NCBI GenBank assembly: GCA_963841435.1
Contig: CAWJCS010000003.1
Location: forward strand, 960,001 to 1,024,000
Direction: 5' to 3'
From: an uncultured delta proteobacterium
Lineage (GTDB): Bacteria > Myxococcota_A > Polyangia > Polyangiales > Polyangiaceae
DNA length: 64,000 nt
Part shown: positions 1 to 10,238 of the stretch, in pieces
How the letters are laid out: every line of letters begins with the position of its first letter
How positions within the stretch are numbered: position 1 is the stretch's first letter
Notes under the pieces: generated by a model
The model's database searches: none
What the model saw: only the letters and a program-made list of their open reading frames with translations
What the model was told of the DNA's origin: nothing
Translations under genes and position numbers: made by a program

Positions 1-1479
1 AACGCCGCGACGCGAGGGCGTAACCGTAGAGGAAGGGCTTGAAGGACGAGCCTGGCTGACGGTGGGCATGGAGCGCGCGGTCGAGACCGCCCACGACGGC
101 GTCGTACCCGCCCACGAGCGCGCGGATCTCGCGCGTGCGCACGTCGATGGCGACGAGCGCTGCTTCCGGCCCGAGCGCGAGCCGGCAGCTCGCAGGCGGC
201 GCTTCGGCCCCCGCGAGCTCGCCGTCGGGCACGACGCGCAACAGCGCGCCCACGCGGGTGAGCTCGCTCGGCGGCAAGCGCTTGGGATCGAAACGGCTCT
301 CGAGCCGCAAGAGCACGCGACAGCGCGAGCCGCCAACGTCAACGTCGAGGCTACCGGCGGTATCGTCGAGGGCGACGACGCGCCCGACGGCGGCGTGAGC
401 GGGCCTCGGCGGCTCCGTCGCCGGCTTGCCCCAGAGCCGCCGCGTCTCGGCCGTGAACGGCGCCTCGAGCTTCTGACGATGCGCGTAGGCGTCGAGCCCC
501 TCGCGCACCGCCTGCCGCGCCGCGGCCTGCAAGGCCGGGTCGATGCTCGTCGTGACGACGTAACCGCCGCGCTTGGCACGAGTCCCCGCGATCTCGGAGA
601 GCACGCGTTCGACCTCGGCGACGACCTCGGGCGCGAGCTCCGAGTCCGCATCGAACGCGGGGGCGAGCGGTGCCGGCGCGTCACGGGCCCCCTGCCACAG
701 ATCGCGGGTGATGAAGCCCTTCTCGAGCATCTGGTCGAGCACGTAGCGCCGGCGCGCGAGGGCGCGGGCCTCGTCGCGGCGCGGCGAAAAACGCTCGGGT
801 GCCGCCACGAGCCCGGCGAGGGTCGCCGCCTCCTTGAGATCGAGGTCGCGCGCCTTCTTGCCGTAGTAGTAGCGCGCCGCTTCCTCGAGACCGTAGCGCC
901 CGTGGCCGAGGTAGATGTGATTGAGGTAGAGGCCGAAGATCTCGTCCTTGGTGAGCGACTGCTCGAGGCGGCGCGCGAGGATCGTCTCCTTGATCTTGCG
1001 CTCGTAGGTGCGATCGGCGTCGAGCACGACGTTCTTGATGACCTGCTGCGTGATGGTGCTCCCGCCCTGGCGCGTGTGGCCCGCGCGCAGGTTCGCGACG
1101 AGCGCGCGCAGCATGCCGACGTAGTTGAGCCCCGCGTGCTCGTAGAAGCTCGCGTCCTCGGCCGCGAGGAAGCAGAGCTTCACGTGCTCCGGGATCTCCG
1201 AGAACGGAATGACGGTGCGGCGCTCGATGAACAAGCTCGCGAGCAACGAGCCGTCGCGCGCGAGCACGCGCGTGACCTGCGGCGGATCGTAGCCGCGTTT
1301 GAGCTCGGCGACGCTCGGCAGCCCGCGCTCGTAGTGCTCGACGACGATGACGACGGCGAGCACCGCCGCGAGAAACAGCGTGAGCAGCGTGAGCCCCGTC
1401 CAGCGCAGCACCGAGAGCAGGCGTTCACGCGTACGGCGCGCCGGGGGCGCGGCCTCCGAAGGAGGCGACTCTTCCGTCA

Positions 1480-1480
<1 letters not shown>
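1..1480 (-). CDS. mrcA: Class A penicillin-binding protein (PBP1A family, transglycosylase-transpeptidase), runs off window start
   Basis: Manual minus-strand translation from ATG at 1480: TM helix, then AAEDASFYEH, QGGSTITQQ and RKIKE transglycosylase motifs, and RQPGSSFKP (SxxK) near the window edge. Missing from the ORF track because it has no stop in the window. Confidence 0.92.
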
Positions 1481-2547
<1,067 letters not shown>

Positions 2548-3028
2548 CCGGATCTCGATGAATACCAAAAGATCCCGGCGCGTACGAGCACGACCCGCTA
2601 ACGCGGCCCGGATCGACGATCGGCCCGCTGGGCGGAACCGCCGCGGCCGGGAAGCGTCCGCAAACCCGAGCGCGCGCCCGAGCTCGTGCAACGACACGTC
2701 GCGCCACGGCGCGACGGGCAGGGACGCGGCAGTGGTGGGATCCAATCCTGCTGATCCCGGCCGAGGTCCGAGCAGCGAGTCCGCTTGCATCGTTCGGCCG
2801 ATCGTCGGGCCGTGCTCGGACGGCGCTGCTCGAGCGCGCCGGGCAAGGGGCGACTGAGGCAACGCGAGCGAAAAGGGCTCGGGGGGAGCCGCTCTGCGCA
2901 AGGCGCCCGCTGCAGGGGCACGGGGTCCCTGGTATGCTCGACTCGTGTCGCTGCCTGACGAGCTCACGCCTGCGGAACGCGCCTGGATCCTCGAGCGGCT
3001 CACGGGTTCCCGGTCCTAAGAAAACGTC

Positions 3029-3808
3029 ATGACCGAGATCTTGCGGAGCGAGCTGCTCACCGCAGCCGGTTTTCGGCACGCGTTCTTCACGCGGGCGGGC
3101 GGCGTCTCGACGGGACCGTACGCGAGCCTGAGCTTTTCGGTGGCGGTCGGTGACGCACCCGAGGCCGTCGCCGGAAATATCGAGCGCGCTGCTCGCGAGC
3201 TCGGTGTGTCGAAAGAGCACGTTTACTTTCTGTCACAGGTGCATGGAAAAGAGGTCGTCGAGATCGACGGGCGCTCGCCGCGCGAAGAGGTGCTCCGGCT
3301 CGAGGCCGACGCGCTCGTGAGCTCGAACCCGGAGATTGCCTGCGGCGTGCGCAGCGCCGATTGCGTGCCCATCTTGCTCGGCGACCCCCGCTCGGGCGCG
3401 GTCGGGGCCGTGCACGCGGGGTGGCGCGGCGTCGTGCGCGGCGTGGTCGAAGCGGCCGTCCTTGCGCTGCGCCGGCGCGCGGCGGGCGAGGGTCGCCTGC
3501 TCGCGGCGATCGGGCCGCACATCCGCCAAGATGCATTCGAGGTGTCCGAGGACGTCGCGGTCGAGCTCGAGAGAGCGTCTCCCGTGGCGGGCGCCGTGCG
3601 GCGCGGCGCCGGAAAGCCGCACGTTTCGCTAGCGACAATCGTGCGCGCCCAGTTGCTCTCGTCCGGGCTCGCTGTAAGCGACGTGGACGACGTGGGGGGC
3701 TGCACGGCGAGCGAGCCGGCTCGATTCTTTTCGTTTCGGCGCGATGGCCGGGTCGGCGGGCGCCACTTGTCCGCGATCGTGGCGCTTTCGGGACAACCGC
3801 GAGCGTGA
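3029..3808 (+). CDS. pgeF: Peptidoglycan editing factor / YfiH family purine nucleoside phosphorylase-like protein
   Basis: FFTRAGGVS, QVHG, SADCVPILL, HAGWRG, IGPHI and FFSFRR motifs. Confidence 0.9.
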   Translation: MTEILRSELLTAAGFRHAFFTRAGGVSTGPYASLSFSVAVGDAPEAVAGNIERAARELGVSKEHVYFLSQVHGKEVVEIDGRSPREEVLRLEADALVSSNPEIACGVRSADCVPILLGDPRSGAVGAVHAGWRGVVRGVVEAAVLALRRRAAGEGRLLAAIGPHIRQDAFEVSEDVAVELERASPVAGAVRRGAGKPHVSLATIVRAQLLSSGLAVSDVDDVGGCTASEPARFFSFRRDGRVGGRHLSAIVALSGQPRA

Positions 3809-3877
3809 GGCTCACCGCGGATCTTGCGCGCGACATCGACCCCGGCAATGATTCGGACGCTCGGAGCCGATTTTTCA

Positions 3878-5650
3878 ATGCTTCTCGTCAAGTGCGACCG
3901 CTGCGGGGCAAGCTACAAGCTCTCCGACGATCTGTTTCGTCGCAAGGCTGCAGGCTACGGCGTCGTCGTCACCTGTCGACGCTGCAAGCAAGAGATCCAC
4001 GTCGACGAGCATGGCGTGCGGTCAACGTCGGCGGCAGACGCGATGACCGAGTCCGCCGCACCCGACGCCGTGGGCGCAAAGCCGCCCCCGCGACCCCGAC
4101 CCGCTTCGCCCGAGCCGCCCAAGGTCGCGACACGTCCGCTGCCACCGCGAGTTGCCGGCGGACCGCCGCGCCCGCACACCGGCGCGACGGCCGCGGCGAT
4201 GGCACCGCGCCCCAACGTGAGCCGTGGACCCATGCGGCCCGCGCCGAAGCTCGTCGCGCTGTCGCCAGGGCTGCTCGGCGCCGACTCGCCGAGGCCGCCG
4301 CCCGTCCAGCCGAAGCCCGTCGCAATACAGCCGCCGACGCAGCCCGCAGCAACGGCCGAAACCTCGTCTCCAGACTCCGCGGCAGTGACGCCACGTCCGC
4401 CCTCCTCCGCCGCCGACTCGGAGATCCCGGTCGCATCGTCGGATTTCGTTTCGGATCCGGAGCCCACCGCCCCGCTGGACTCGAGTGACTTTCTCACCGA
4501 GTCGGCGCCGAAGGCCGGCGCCAAGCCGCGCCTGCCGGAAGCCCCGACCGGAAGACACCCGCCTTCGCTGATTTTTCACCCCGATCCCGAGCCCGAGCCG
4601 CCGAGCACGAGCAGCGCCCCCAAGCTCGAAAAGCTCGTCCACGATCTCGCGCCGCCGCGCAAAAAACCCGGCCACCCGCCGCGCCGCCAGCTTCCCTCCG
4701 GCGATCTGTCCGAGGACTTCATGAGCGCCGATCTCGGTTTCGAGGGGCCCGCGCTTCGACCGCCCGACGCCGACTCGCTCCTCAAGGCGCCGGTGTCGTC
4801 GCGTCCCGCCGCGAGCGCTGCTTCCGCCGCGAGCGCTGCTTCCACCGCAGCCGTCGCCAAGCCGCCCGAGTCGAAGCCCGCGGCAAACAAGTCGGCGCAG
4901 CCGGTCGCCGTCAAGAGCAAGACAGAGAGCGGCTCGGGTCGCGGTTGGATCGCGCTCGTCGCGCTCCTGCTGCTCGGCGTGGGTGGCTACGCGTTCCGCG
5001 ATCGCCTCGGGGGCGGCGGCTCGCGCGAGGCCGAGCCGACTCCCGAGGTCGCAGCCGCGCCCGAGCCCGCACCACCTCCCGAGCCTGCCGCGACAATCCC
5101 AGCCGCCGCCGAGCCCGCCGAGTCGGCACAAGCCGCGGCCGAGCCGGGCGCCGCCGAGCCCGCGACGGCGACGGCCGAAGCACCCAGCGAAGCGCCGGCT
5201 CCTGCGACGCCCGCCGCGACGTCCATCGCGCGCGCCGAGGCGAGCCCCCAAGCGACGGCCGCCACGCGCCCCGCGAGCGACACGACCGTCGCTGCCGCGC
5301 CTGCCGCCACGCAAAAGGCCACTGCAACGCCCACCACGGCCGCGCCGACGAACATCGAGCCGCGCCCGAGCGTCGGCAGCGAGCCCTTCAACACGGCGGC
5401 GGCACGCAGCGCGCTCGAAGCGGCGGCGGGGCAGGCCTCGAGCTGCCGCAAACCAGGAGATCCGAGCGGCATCGCCGTCGTTGTGATCACGTTCTCGCCG
5501 ACGGGCCGCGTCACCACGGCAACGGTCAACGGTCCGCCGTTCGCTGCCACGCAGACGGGCGGCTGCATCGCTTCGACGCTACGCAAGGCGCGCGTCCCCG
5601 CGTTCGCCGGCGACATGGTCACGGTCAAGAAGACGGTGACGATTCACTAG
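3878..5650 (+). CDS. MJ0042-type zinc-ribbon protein with Pro-rich linker, TM helix and C-terminal periplasmic TonB-like/AgmX-like domain
   Basis: N-terminal CDRC...CRRC, long Pro/Ala region, TM (WIALVALLLLGVGGY), C-terminal domain with a Cys pair (SSC...GGCI) typical of myxobacteria. Confidence 0.75.
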   Translation: MLLVKCDRCGASYKLSDDLFRRKAAGYGVVVTCRRCKQEIHVDEHGVRSTSAADAMTESAAPDAVGAKPPPRPRPASPEPPKVATRPLPPRVAGGPPRPHTGATAAAMAPRPNVSRGPMRPAPKLVALSPGLLGADSPRPPPVQPKPVAIQPPTQPAATAETSSPDSAAVTPRPPSSAADSEIPVASSDFVSDPEPTAPLDSSDFLTESAPKAGAKPRLPEAPTGRHPPSLIFHPDPEPEPPSTSSAPKLEKLVHDLAPPRKKPGHPPRRQLPSGDLSEDFMSADLGFEGPALRPPDADSLLKAPVSSRPAASAASAASAASTAAVAKPPESKPAANKSAQPVAVKSKTESGSGRGWIALVALLLLGVGGYAFRDRLGGGGSREAEPTPEVAAAPEPAPPPEPAATIPAAAEPAESAQAAAEPGAAEPATATAEAPSEAPAPATPAATSIARAEASPQATAATRPASDTTVAAAPAATQKATATPTTAAPTNIEPRPSVGSEPFNTAAARSALEAAAGQASSCRKPGDPSGIAVVVITFSPTGRVTTATVNGPPFAATQTGGCIASTLRKARVPAFAGDMVTVKKTVTIH

Positions 5651-5666
5651 GGTTCTTGGGAGGTCG

Positions 5667-6110
5667 AGCGGCGGCCGTTCCGGCGGTTTTGGTTTGGGCG
5701 CGGCCGCCCGCGACGATCGTGATCTGGTCTTCCAAGACCGAGATGTCGTTGCAAGAGGGGGCTCTCGTGCCGCGTGATCCCGCGACGTTGGGAGATCGGT
5801 CACTCGAGGCGAACCGCCCTGCGACTCTGGCAAGCCCAAGACAGCCGGCGGCCGTTCCGGCGGTTCTTTGGTTTGGGATGTGGCGACTCGTGACGATCGT
5901 GATCTGGTCTTCCAAGACCGAGATGTCGTTGCAAGAGGGGGCTCTCGTGCCGCGTGATCCCGCGACGTTGGGAGATCGGTCACTCGAGGCGAACCGCCCT
6001 GCGACTCTGGCAAGCCCAAGACAGCCGGCGGCCGTTCCGGCGGTTCTTTGGTTTGGGATGTGGCGACTCGTGACGATCGTGATCTGGTCTTCCAAGACCG
6101 AGATGTCGTT
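5667..6110. repeat. 180-bp tandem repeat, about 2.5 copies, with palindromic core
   Basis: 5712-5930 is identical to 5892-6110. The first partial copy (5667-5711) is diverged. Core GACGATCGTGATCTGGTCTTCCAAGACCGAGATGTCGTT occurs at 5712, 5892 and 6072. Confidence 0.97.
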
Positions 6111-9100
6111 TAGGGAAACGGCGGGCCCTGGGGGGCTGTGGTCGTCGATGTGAGGTCTTTGGGTGGGGCGTCGCGGGCCATGACCTGCGATGCCGTCGTC
6201 AGGATGTCGGGCTTGACGGCGATGTCGAGCTCTCGCCCGCTCACCGAGCCGTGGCACCCGGCGCAAAGGCCCCCGAACAGGTCGCGACGGAAGCTCTGCC
6301 GCGCGTCCTCACCTGGATAAAACTGCGTCTCCTCGCGCTGGGCGTGTGCGGACGGGCCACTGTCCGTCGCAAGCTTCACGCTCGCCTCGAGCATGACGGG
6401 CACGCCGCCCGGCACGATCATGCCCGCCGACGAATCGGCCTGCACCGGCACGTTGCCGAGGAACTGGCGGCGCGTGTAGAGCTGCCCGTACTTGTCGTTG
6501 ACGACGAAGCTGCCTCCCGACGCGAAATCGACCACGCCCTGATCCGGCGGCAAGCTCTCCCACACGCCGAGGCGCGGCCCCGAGGGGATGGGCCTGCCCG
6601 TTCTCGTGTTCTGGAACAGCAGGCTCTGGAGCACCCCGACGTCGAGAATCGTCACGCGCGCCTTCGTGCCCGGGCCGATGGTCGTCGCGGCGTTCGCCTC
6701 GTCGTAGCGCGAGCGAAAGACGCCCGAGTTCTGCTTCGCGTAGACGGCGGCGGGCCAGAGGCAATCGCGGCTCCCGTCCGAGACCAGCGTCGTGCGCCCG
6801 CCCGTTTCCGGATCGACGACCGCGATCTCGAACTTGCCGGAGAAGGCGTCGAGCGCCGTCACGGTGGGCGCGTAGCTCACGAGCAACCGGCCGTCGGGAA
6901 GCGGCGAGGGGTTGCGGTAGGCGCCCTGCGTGCCGGAGAGCTTGCCCGTCGCCGCGCCATCGACGAGCGCGAGGGAATGCTGGAAAAAGTCGGGGCTCGG
7001 CTTGCCGATCGCCGTCGGATCCACCGTGTAGTCGTCCGGATCGGCGCTCGCCTGATCGATGCCGATGCTGCGGTTGACGACCGCGAGCGCGCCCGCACCC
7101 CGCTCGGCGCCCTTGTCGCTCAGAATCATCGCGAGGTTCTTGTCGGCGAGCTCCACGACGTCGGTCAGCTGCGTAAAATCGATGGTGCTGCGCTGGCCGA
7201 AGAGCGGGTGGTAGTCGCCGCCGTCCAGATTGATGCGGCGACCCGCGAGCTGGTAGAAATCCGGCGCGCGCTTTTCGGTCGTGAAGATCACGCGCCCGTC
7301 GCGCATGAACGACGGCAAGAGCTCCTGGTTCGTGAGAAACGTCAACTGGCGGATCTTGCCGCCCGTCTCACGAACGTAGAGGTTGGCGTTCAGCTTGCTC
7401 GGATCGGCGGGCGTGCGCTGCGGGCCCGAGTAGCCGATCTCGTCGACGTTCGTGATGTTGCCACGCGTCGAGACGAAGACGATGCTCCCGTCGGGAGCGA
7501 AAGCGGGATCGAAGTTGTGGACGAGCGCGCCGTTCGCGAGCACCGGCCGGCCCGCGTCGTCGATGGGAGCGGCCTCGATGGCCGGATCGAGAGCACAGGC
7601 GCCGCCGTCAACGACGTAGACGTGGAACGGATCGTTTGCGCCGCTACGCGCCGCGAAGGCGATGCGATTGCCGTCCCAGGAGACGGCCGGGCGGCGCGCA
7701 TCCGTCGTCGCTGAGTCGAGACCGCAGAGAGCGCTCAGGCTCGTCTCGGCGCCGGTCGAGAGCGTGCCGTCGGTCGCGCGCGATAGCGCGACCTCGACGA
7801 CCTCGGCGCCGGGCCGGTAGGTCGCGAAATCCTGCGGCAAGTCCGCATCGGCGGGCGCCGGCGCGCGCACGAAGGCGAGCGCTCCGAGCGGCGTGCTCGT
7901 GCCCATGCGCGCCGTGCGTTCGAGCTCGAACCAGCGGCGCACCACGCAGTACGGCCGCTGCTCGTCGAGCGGCCCCGTCTCGGCGGCGACGGGATCGCAG
8001 ACGTCGTCGAGCTCGGCCGGTCCGAACAGATTGCCCCCGCGGTGGCGAATGCCGCCCGCCGATGGCGACAGGTTCTTCCTGATGAGCCGGCTCGCGTTGG
8101 GATCGGGCGACTCGAGCGCGAGCTGCTCCAGCGACAGCTCGTAGTTCTTGCGCGTCGCCGGCAGACCGAAGTGCCCACCCGCGCCGCCACGCAACCGGTA
8201 GTCGTGGAACATCGACGGCGAATGGCAGCCGAGGAACATGCAGCCGCGCTTGACGAGCATCGGCTGCACACGGTCGGCGAAGAACATGAAGCCGGGGTCG
8301 GTGGGCACGCGAGTGGGCCCGCCTTTTTCGGCGGCCCAGGCCTCGAGGGCCACGTAGCCTTGGTCGTCGCGCGAGGCGAACACGGTACCGCCCTCGTGGA
8401 AGCTGCCGCCCGCGTCGCGGGACAGGGCGCGCCTGAGCATCTCGCTCGACGACGTGTTCGCCGAAACGTAGTCGGCGAACACGAAGTAGTTCCAGCGCAC
8501 CTGCTCCGGGCTCGCCCCGCAGGTAAGGTGCATGACGTTGGCGCGCGCGCCGTGGCAGTTGCCGGCCGCACAGCGCCCCGCGATGACGGGCTCGACGCGC
8601 GAGACGAACGTGCCGTAGTCGGGAGCCGCGGGGTCGACCGAGCCGTCGAACGCGGGGTCGTTGCCGATCAGCTCCGTGCAGGGGTCGAGAGCGGGGCGTC
8701 GCTCGGCGGGCTTTGCGTTGTTCTCGGCGGCGCCGTTGTCGATCCAGGTCTGTAGTGTCGTGAAGGTCGCGCTCGTGAAGTCGATCTGCGAGCGGCCCGC
8801 ATGCGTCACGTCGGTCGTGATGAGCACCGGGGGCGCGTCGTCCCACTTCGACAGCGAGATCTTGTAGGGGGGGACGACCTTGAGCAGCAGCCCCGGCACA
8901 CCGTACGGCCCGTAGTCCACCAACAGGTCGCGCCGGAGGTTCAGCGTGTCGTAGGTCTCGGTGCTCAGGTTGCCGAACGCGTTGCCACCGGGGTCGGCGA
9001 CGTGGCAGCTCGAGCGCGTCGGGCTGATCGAGCAGTTGCCGTGCAGGACCGGACCGATCTTGCGATCGTAAAAGGTGGTGCGCTCGGGCTGCTCGTCCCG

Positions 9101-9160
9101 CTGGCAACCGATCCCACCGAGGCCCACGGCGAGGAGCACAAGGGCGCGCGCTCTCTTCAC
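6110..9160 (-). CDS. Multiheme c-type cytochrome lipoprotein with TolB/PD40-like beta-propeller and HzsA-like middle domain
   Basis: Lipobox GIGC. Heme-like motifs CSISPTRSSCH, CAAGNCH, CMFLGCH, CAGCH. Propeller blades PAVSWDG, PAFAPDG, PSFMRDG, PSPLPDG. LGNVPVQADSS..VPGGVP segment. Confidence 0.75.
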   Translation of the reverse strand: MKRARALVLLAVGLGGIGCQRDEQPERTTFYDRKIGPVLHGNCSISPTRSSCHVADPGGNAFGNLSTETYDTLNLRRDLLVDYGPYGVPGLLLKVVPPYKISLSKWDDAPPVLITTDVTHAGRSQIDFTSATFTTLQTWIDNGAAENNAKPAERRPALDPCTELIGNDPAFDGSVDPAAPDYGTFVSRVEPVIAGRCAAGNCHGARANVMHLTCGASPEQVRWNYFVFADYVSANTSSSEMLRRALSRDAGGSFHEGGTVFASRDDQGYVALEAWAAEKGGPTRVPTDPGFMFFADRVQPMLVKRGCMFLGCHSPSMFHDYRLRGGAGGHFGLPATRKNYELSLEQLALESPDPNASRLIRKNLSPSAGGIRHRGGNLFGPAELDDVCDPVAAETGPLDEQRPYCVVRRWFELERTARMGTSTPLGALAFVRAPAPADADLPQDFATYRPGAEVVEVALSRATDGTLSTGAETSLSALCGLDSATTDARRPAVSWDGNRIAFAARSGANDPFHVYVVDGGACALDPAIEAAPIDDAGRPVLANGALVHNFDPAFAPDGSIVFVSTRGNITNVDEIGYSGPQRTPADPSKLNANLYVRETGGKIRQLTFLTNQELLPSFMRDGRVIFTTEKRAPDFYQLAGRRINLDGGDYHPLFGQRSTIDFTQLTDVVELADKNLAMILSDKGAERGAGALAVVNRSIGIDQASADPDDYTVDPTAIGKPSPDFFQHSLALVDGAATGKLSGTQGAYRNPSPLPDGRLLVSYAPTVTALDAFSGKFEIAVVDPETGGRTTLVSDGSRDCLWPAAVYAKQNSGVFRSRYDEANAATTIGPGTKARVTILDVGVLQSLLFQNTRTGRPIPSGPRLGVWESLPPDQGVVDFASGGSFVVNDKYGQLYTRRQFLGNVPVQADSSAGMIVPGGVPVMLEASVKLATDSGPSAHAQREETQFYPGEDARQSFRRDLFGGLCAGCHGSVSGRELDIAVKPDILTTASQVMARDAPPKDLTSTTTAPQGPPFP

Positions 9161-9272
9161 GGTAGCCTCATCCTAACCGCCACGACGGCGCGTGGCCACA
9201 CGCGTCTCGCGCCACCGTCACGGCCCACGACCCGGAGGTCGTCCATCCACCGCGAGGGTGGCGTCAACGCAC

Positions 9273-10211
9273 CTACATCCGAGCGAGGGCGACCCGCGCG
9301 GCGTCACGCACGAAGGAATCGGGGTCGCCGAGGGCCGCGCGCACGGTGTCGAGAGCGCTGGGATCGGCAATCTGGCCGAGCGACCAGACGGCGGCCTTGC
9401 GCACGCTCGCGTCGGGTTCGTCGGCCGGTGTCGTGAGCGCCATCAGGCCGTCCACGGCGTCCCCGACGCGCATCGTGCCGATCGCGAGCACGGCAGCGCG
9501 CCTCACGTCGACCGAATCGTCGCCGATGCGTTCCACGACCGCTTCGACGTCATTGAACGCATTGACGCGCGTCGAGGCTTCGACGGCGGCGAGCCGCACG
9601 CGAGCGTCCTCGTCCGACATCGCGAACGACAGCTCGTCGTTCGGACCCACGCTGCTCAGGCGCTGCAACGCCCGAACCGAGGCCTCGCGCACCACGGGCG
9701 ACGCGTCGTTGCGAATCGCCGCGGCGAGGTACTTCGCTCCCGAGAGCGTCAAGAACTCGCCGAGCGCGCTCGCTGCGTGAGCACGGCGCGCTTCGGTCGC
9801 GGAGGCGTCACCGAGCGTCGCGGCGACCTCGGAGTACACCTGGCCGGGGCCGAACACGCCGAAGATGCGCCGCCTCAGCCACCAGGCCGCGATCTCGCGC
9901 GTCTTCGCGTTGCCGTCGTACAGCAACCCGGAGACCAGCGAGATGCACGAGAGGCACTCCATCTTCTCGCCGTGCTCGAGCACCTGCCAGATCTTGGTCG
10001 GTGCCACGACAGGCTTCAGATCCTTGCCGAACATCGACCGGATCACCTCCGGCGAGCTCACCGACTCGAGCGAGGAGCTTTGGAGGTTTTGGTAGACGGC
10101 GGCGCGCCCCGAGTGGGTGCTCTGATCGTTGTCCGCGTGCGCAGAGGACGAGACTGCCGCGAGGCCGAGTGCGGCCGCGCTCACCAGAAAGCGTCGAAGA
10201 ACGTTGTCCAT
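9273..10211 (-). CDS. Exported HEAT-repeat protein
   Basis: Signal peptide ending SAHA. Repeated D.S.VR..A..ALG motifs. N-terminal ECLSC. Confidence 0.85.
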   Translation of the reverse strand: MDNVLRRFLVSAAALGLAAVSSSAHADNDQSTHSGRAAVYQNLQSSSLESVSSPEVIRSMFGKDLKPVVAPTKIWQVLEHGEKMECLSCISLVSGLLYDGNAKTREIAAWWLRRRIFGVFGPGQVYSEVAATLGDASATEARRAHAASALGEFLTLSGAKYLAAAIRNDASPVVREASVRALQRLSSVGPNDELSFAMSDEDARVRLAAVEASTRVNAFNDVEAVVERIGDDSVDVRRAAVLAIGTMRVGDAVDGLMALTTPADEPDASVRKAAVWSLGQIADPSALDTVRAALGDPDSFVRDAARVALARM

Positions 10212-10238
10212 GGCTTTGCCTCAAATCTCCTTGGGGAC

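Noticed and set aside
5712-6110. CRISPR array (three 39-bp palindromic repeats)
   Set aside because: Intervening sequences are 141 bp and identical to each other; no cas genes nearby. It is a tandem repeat.
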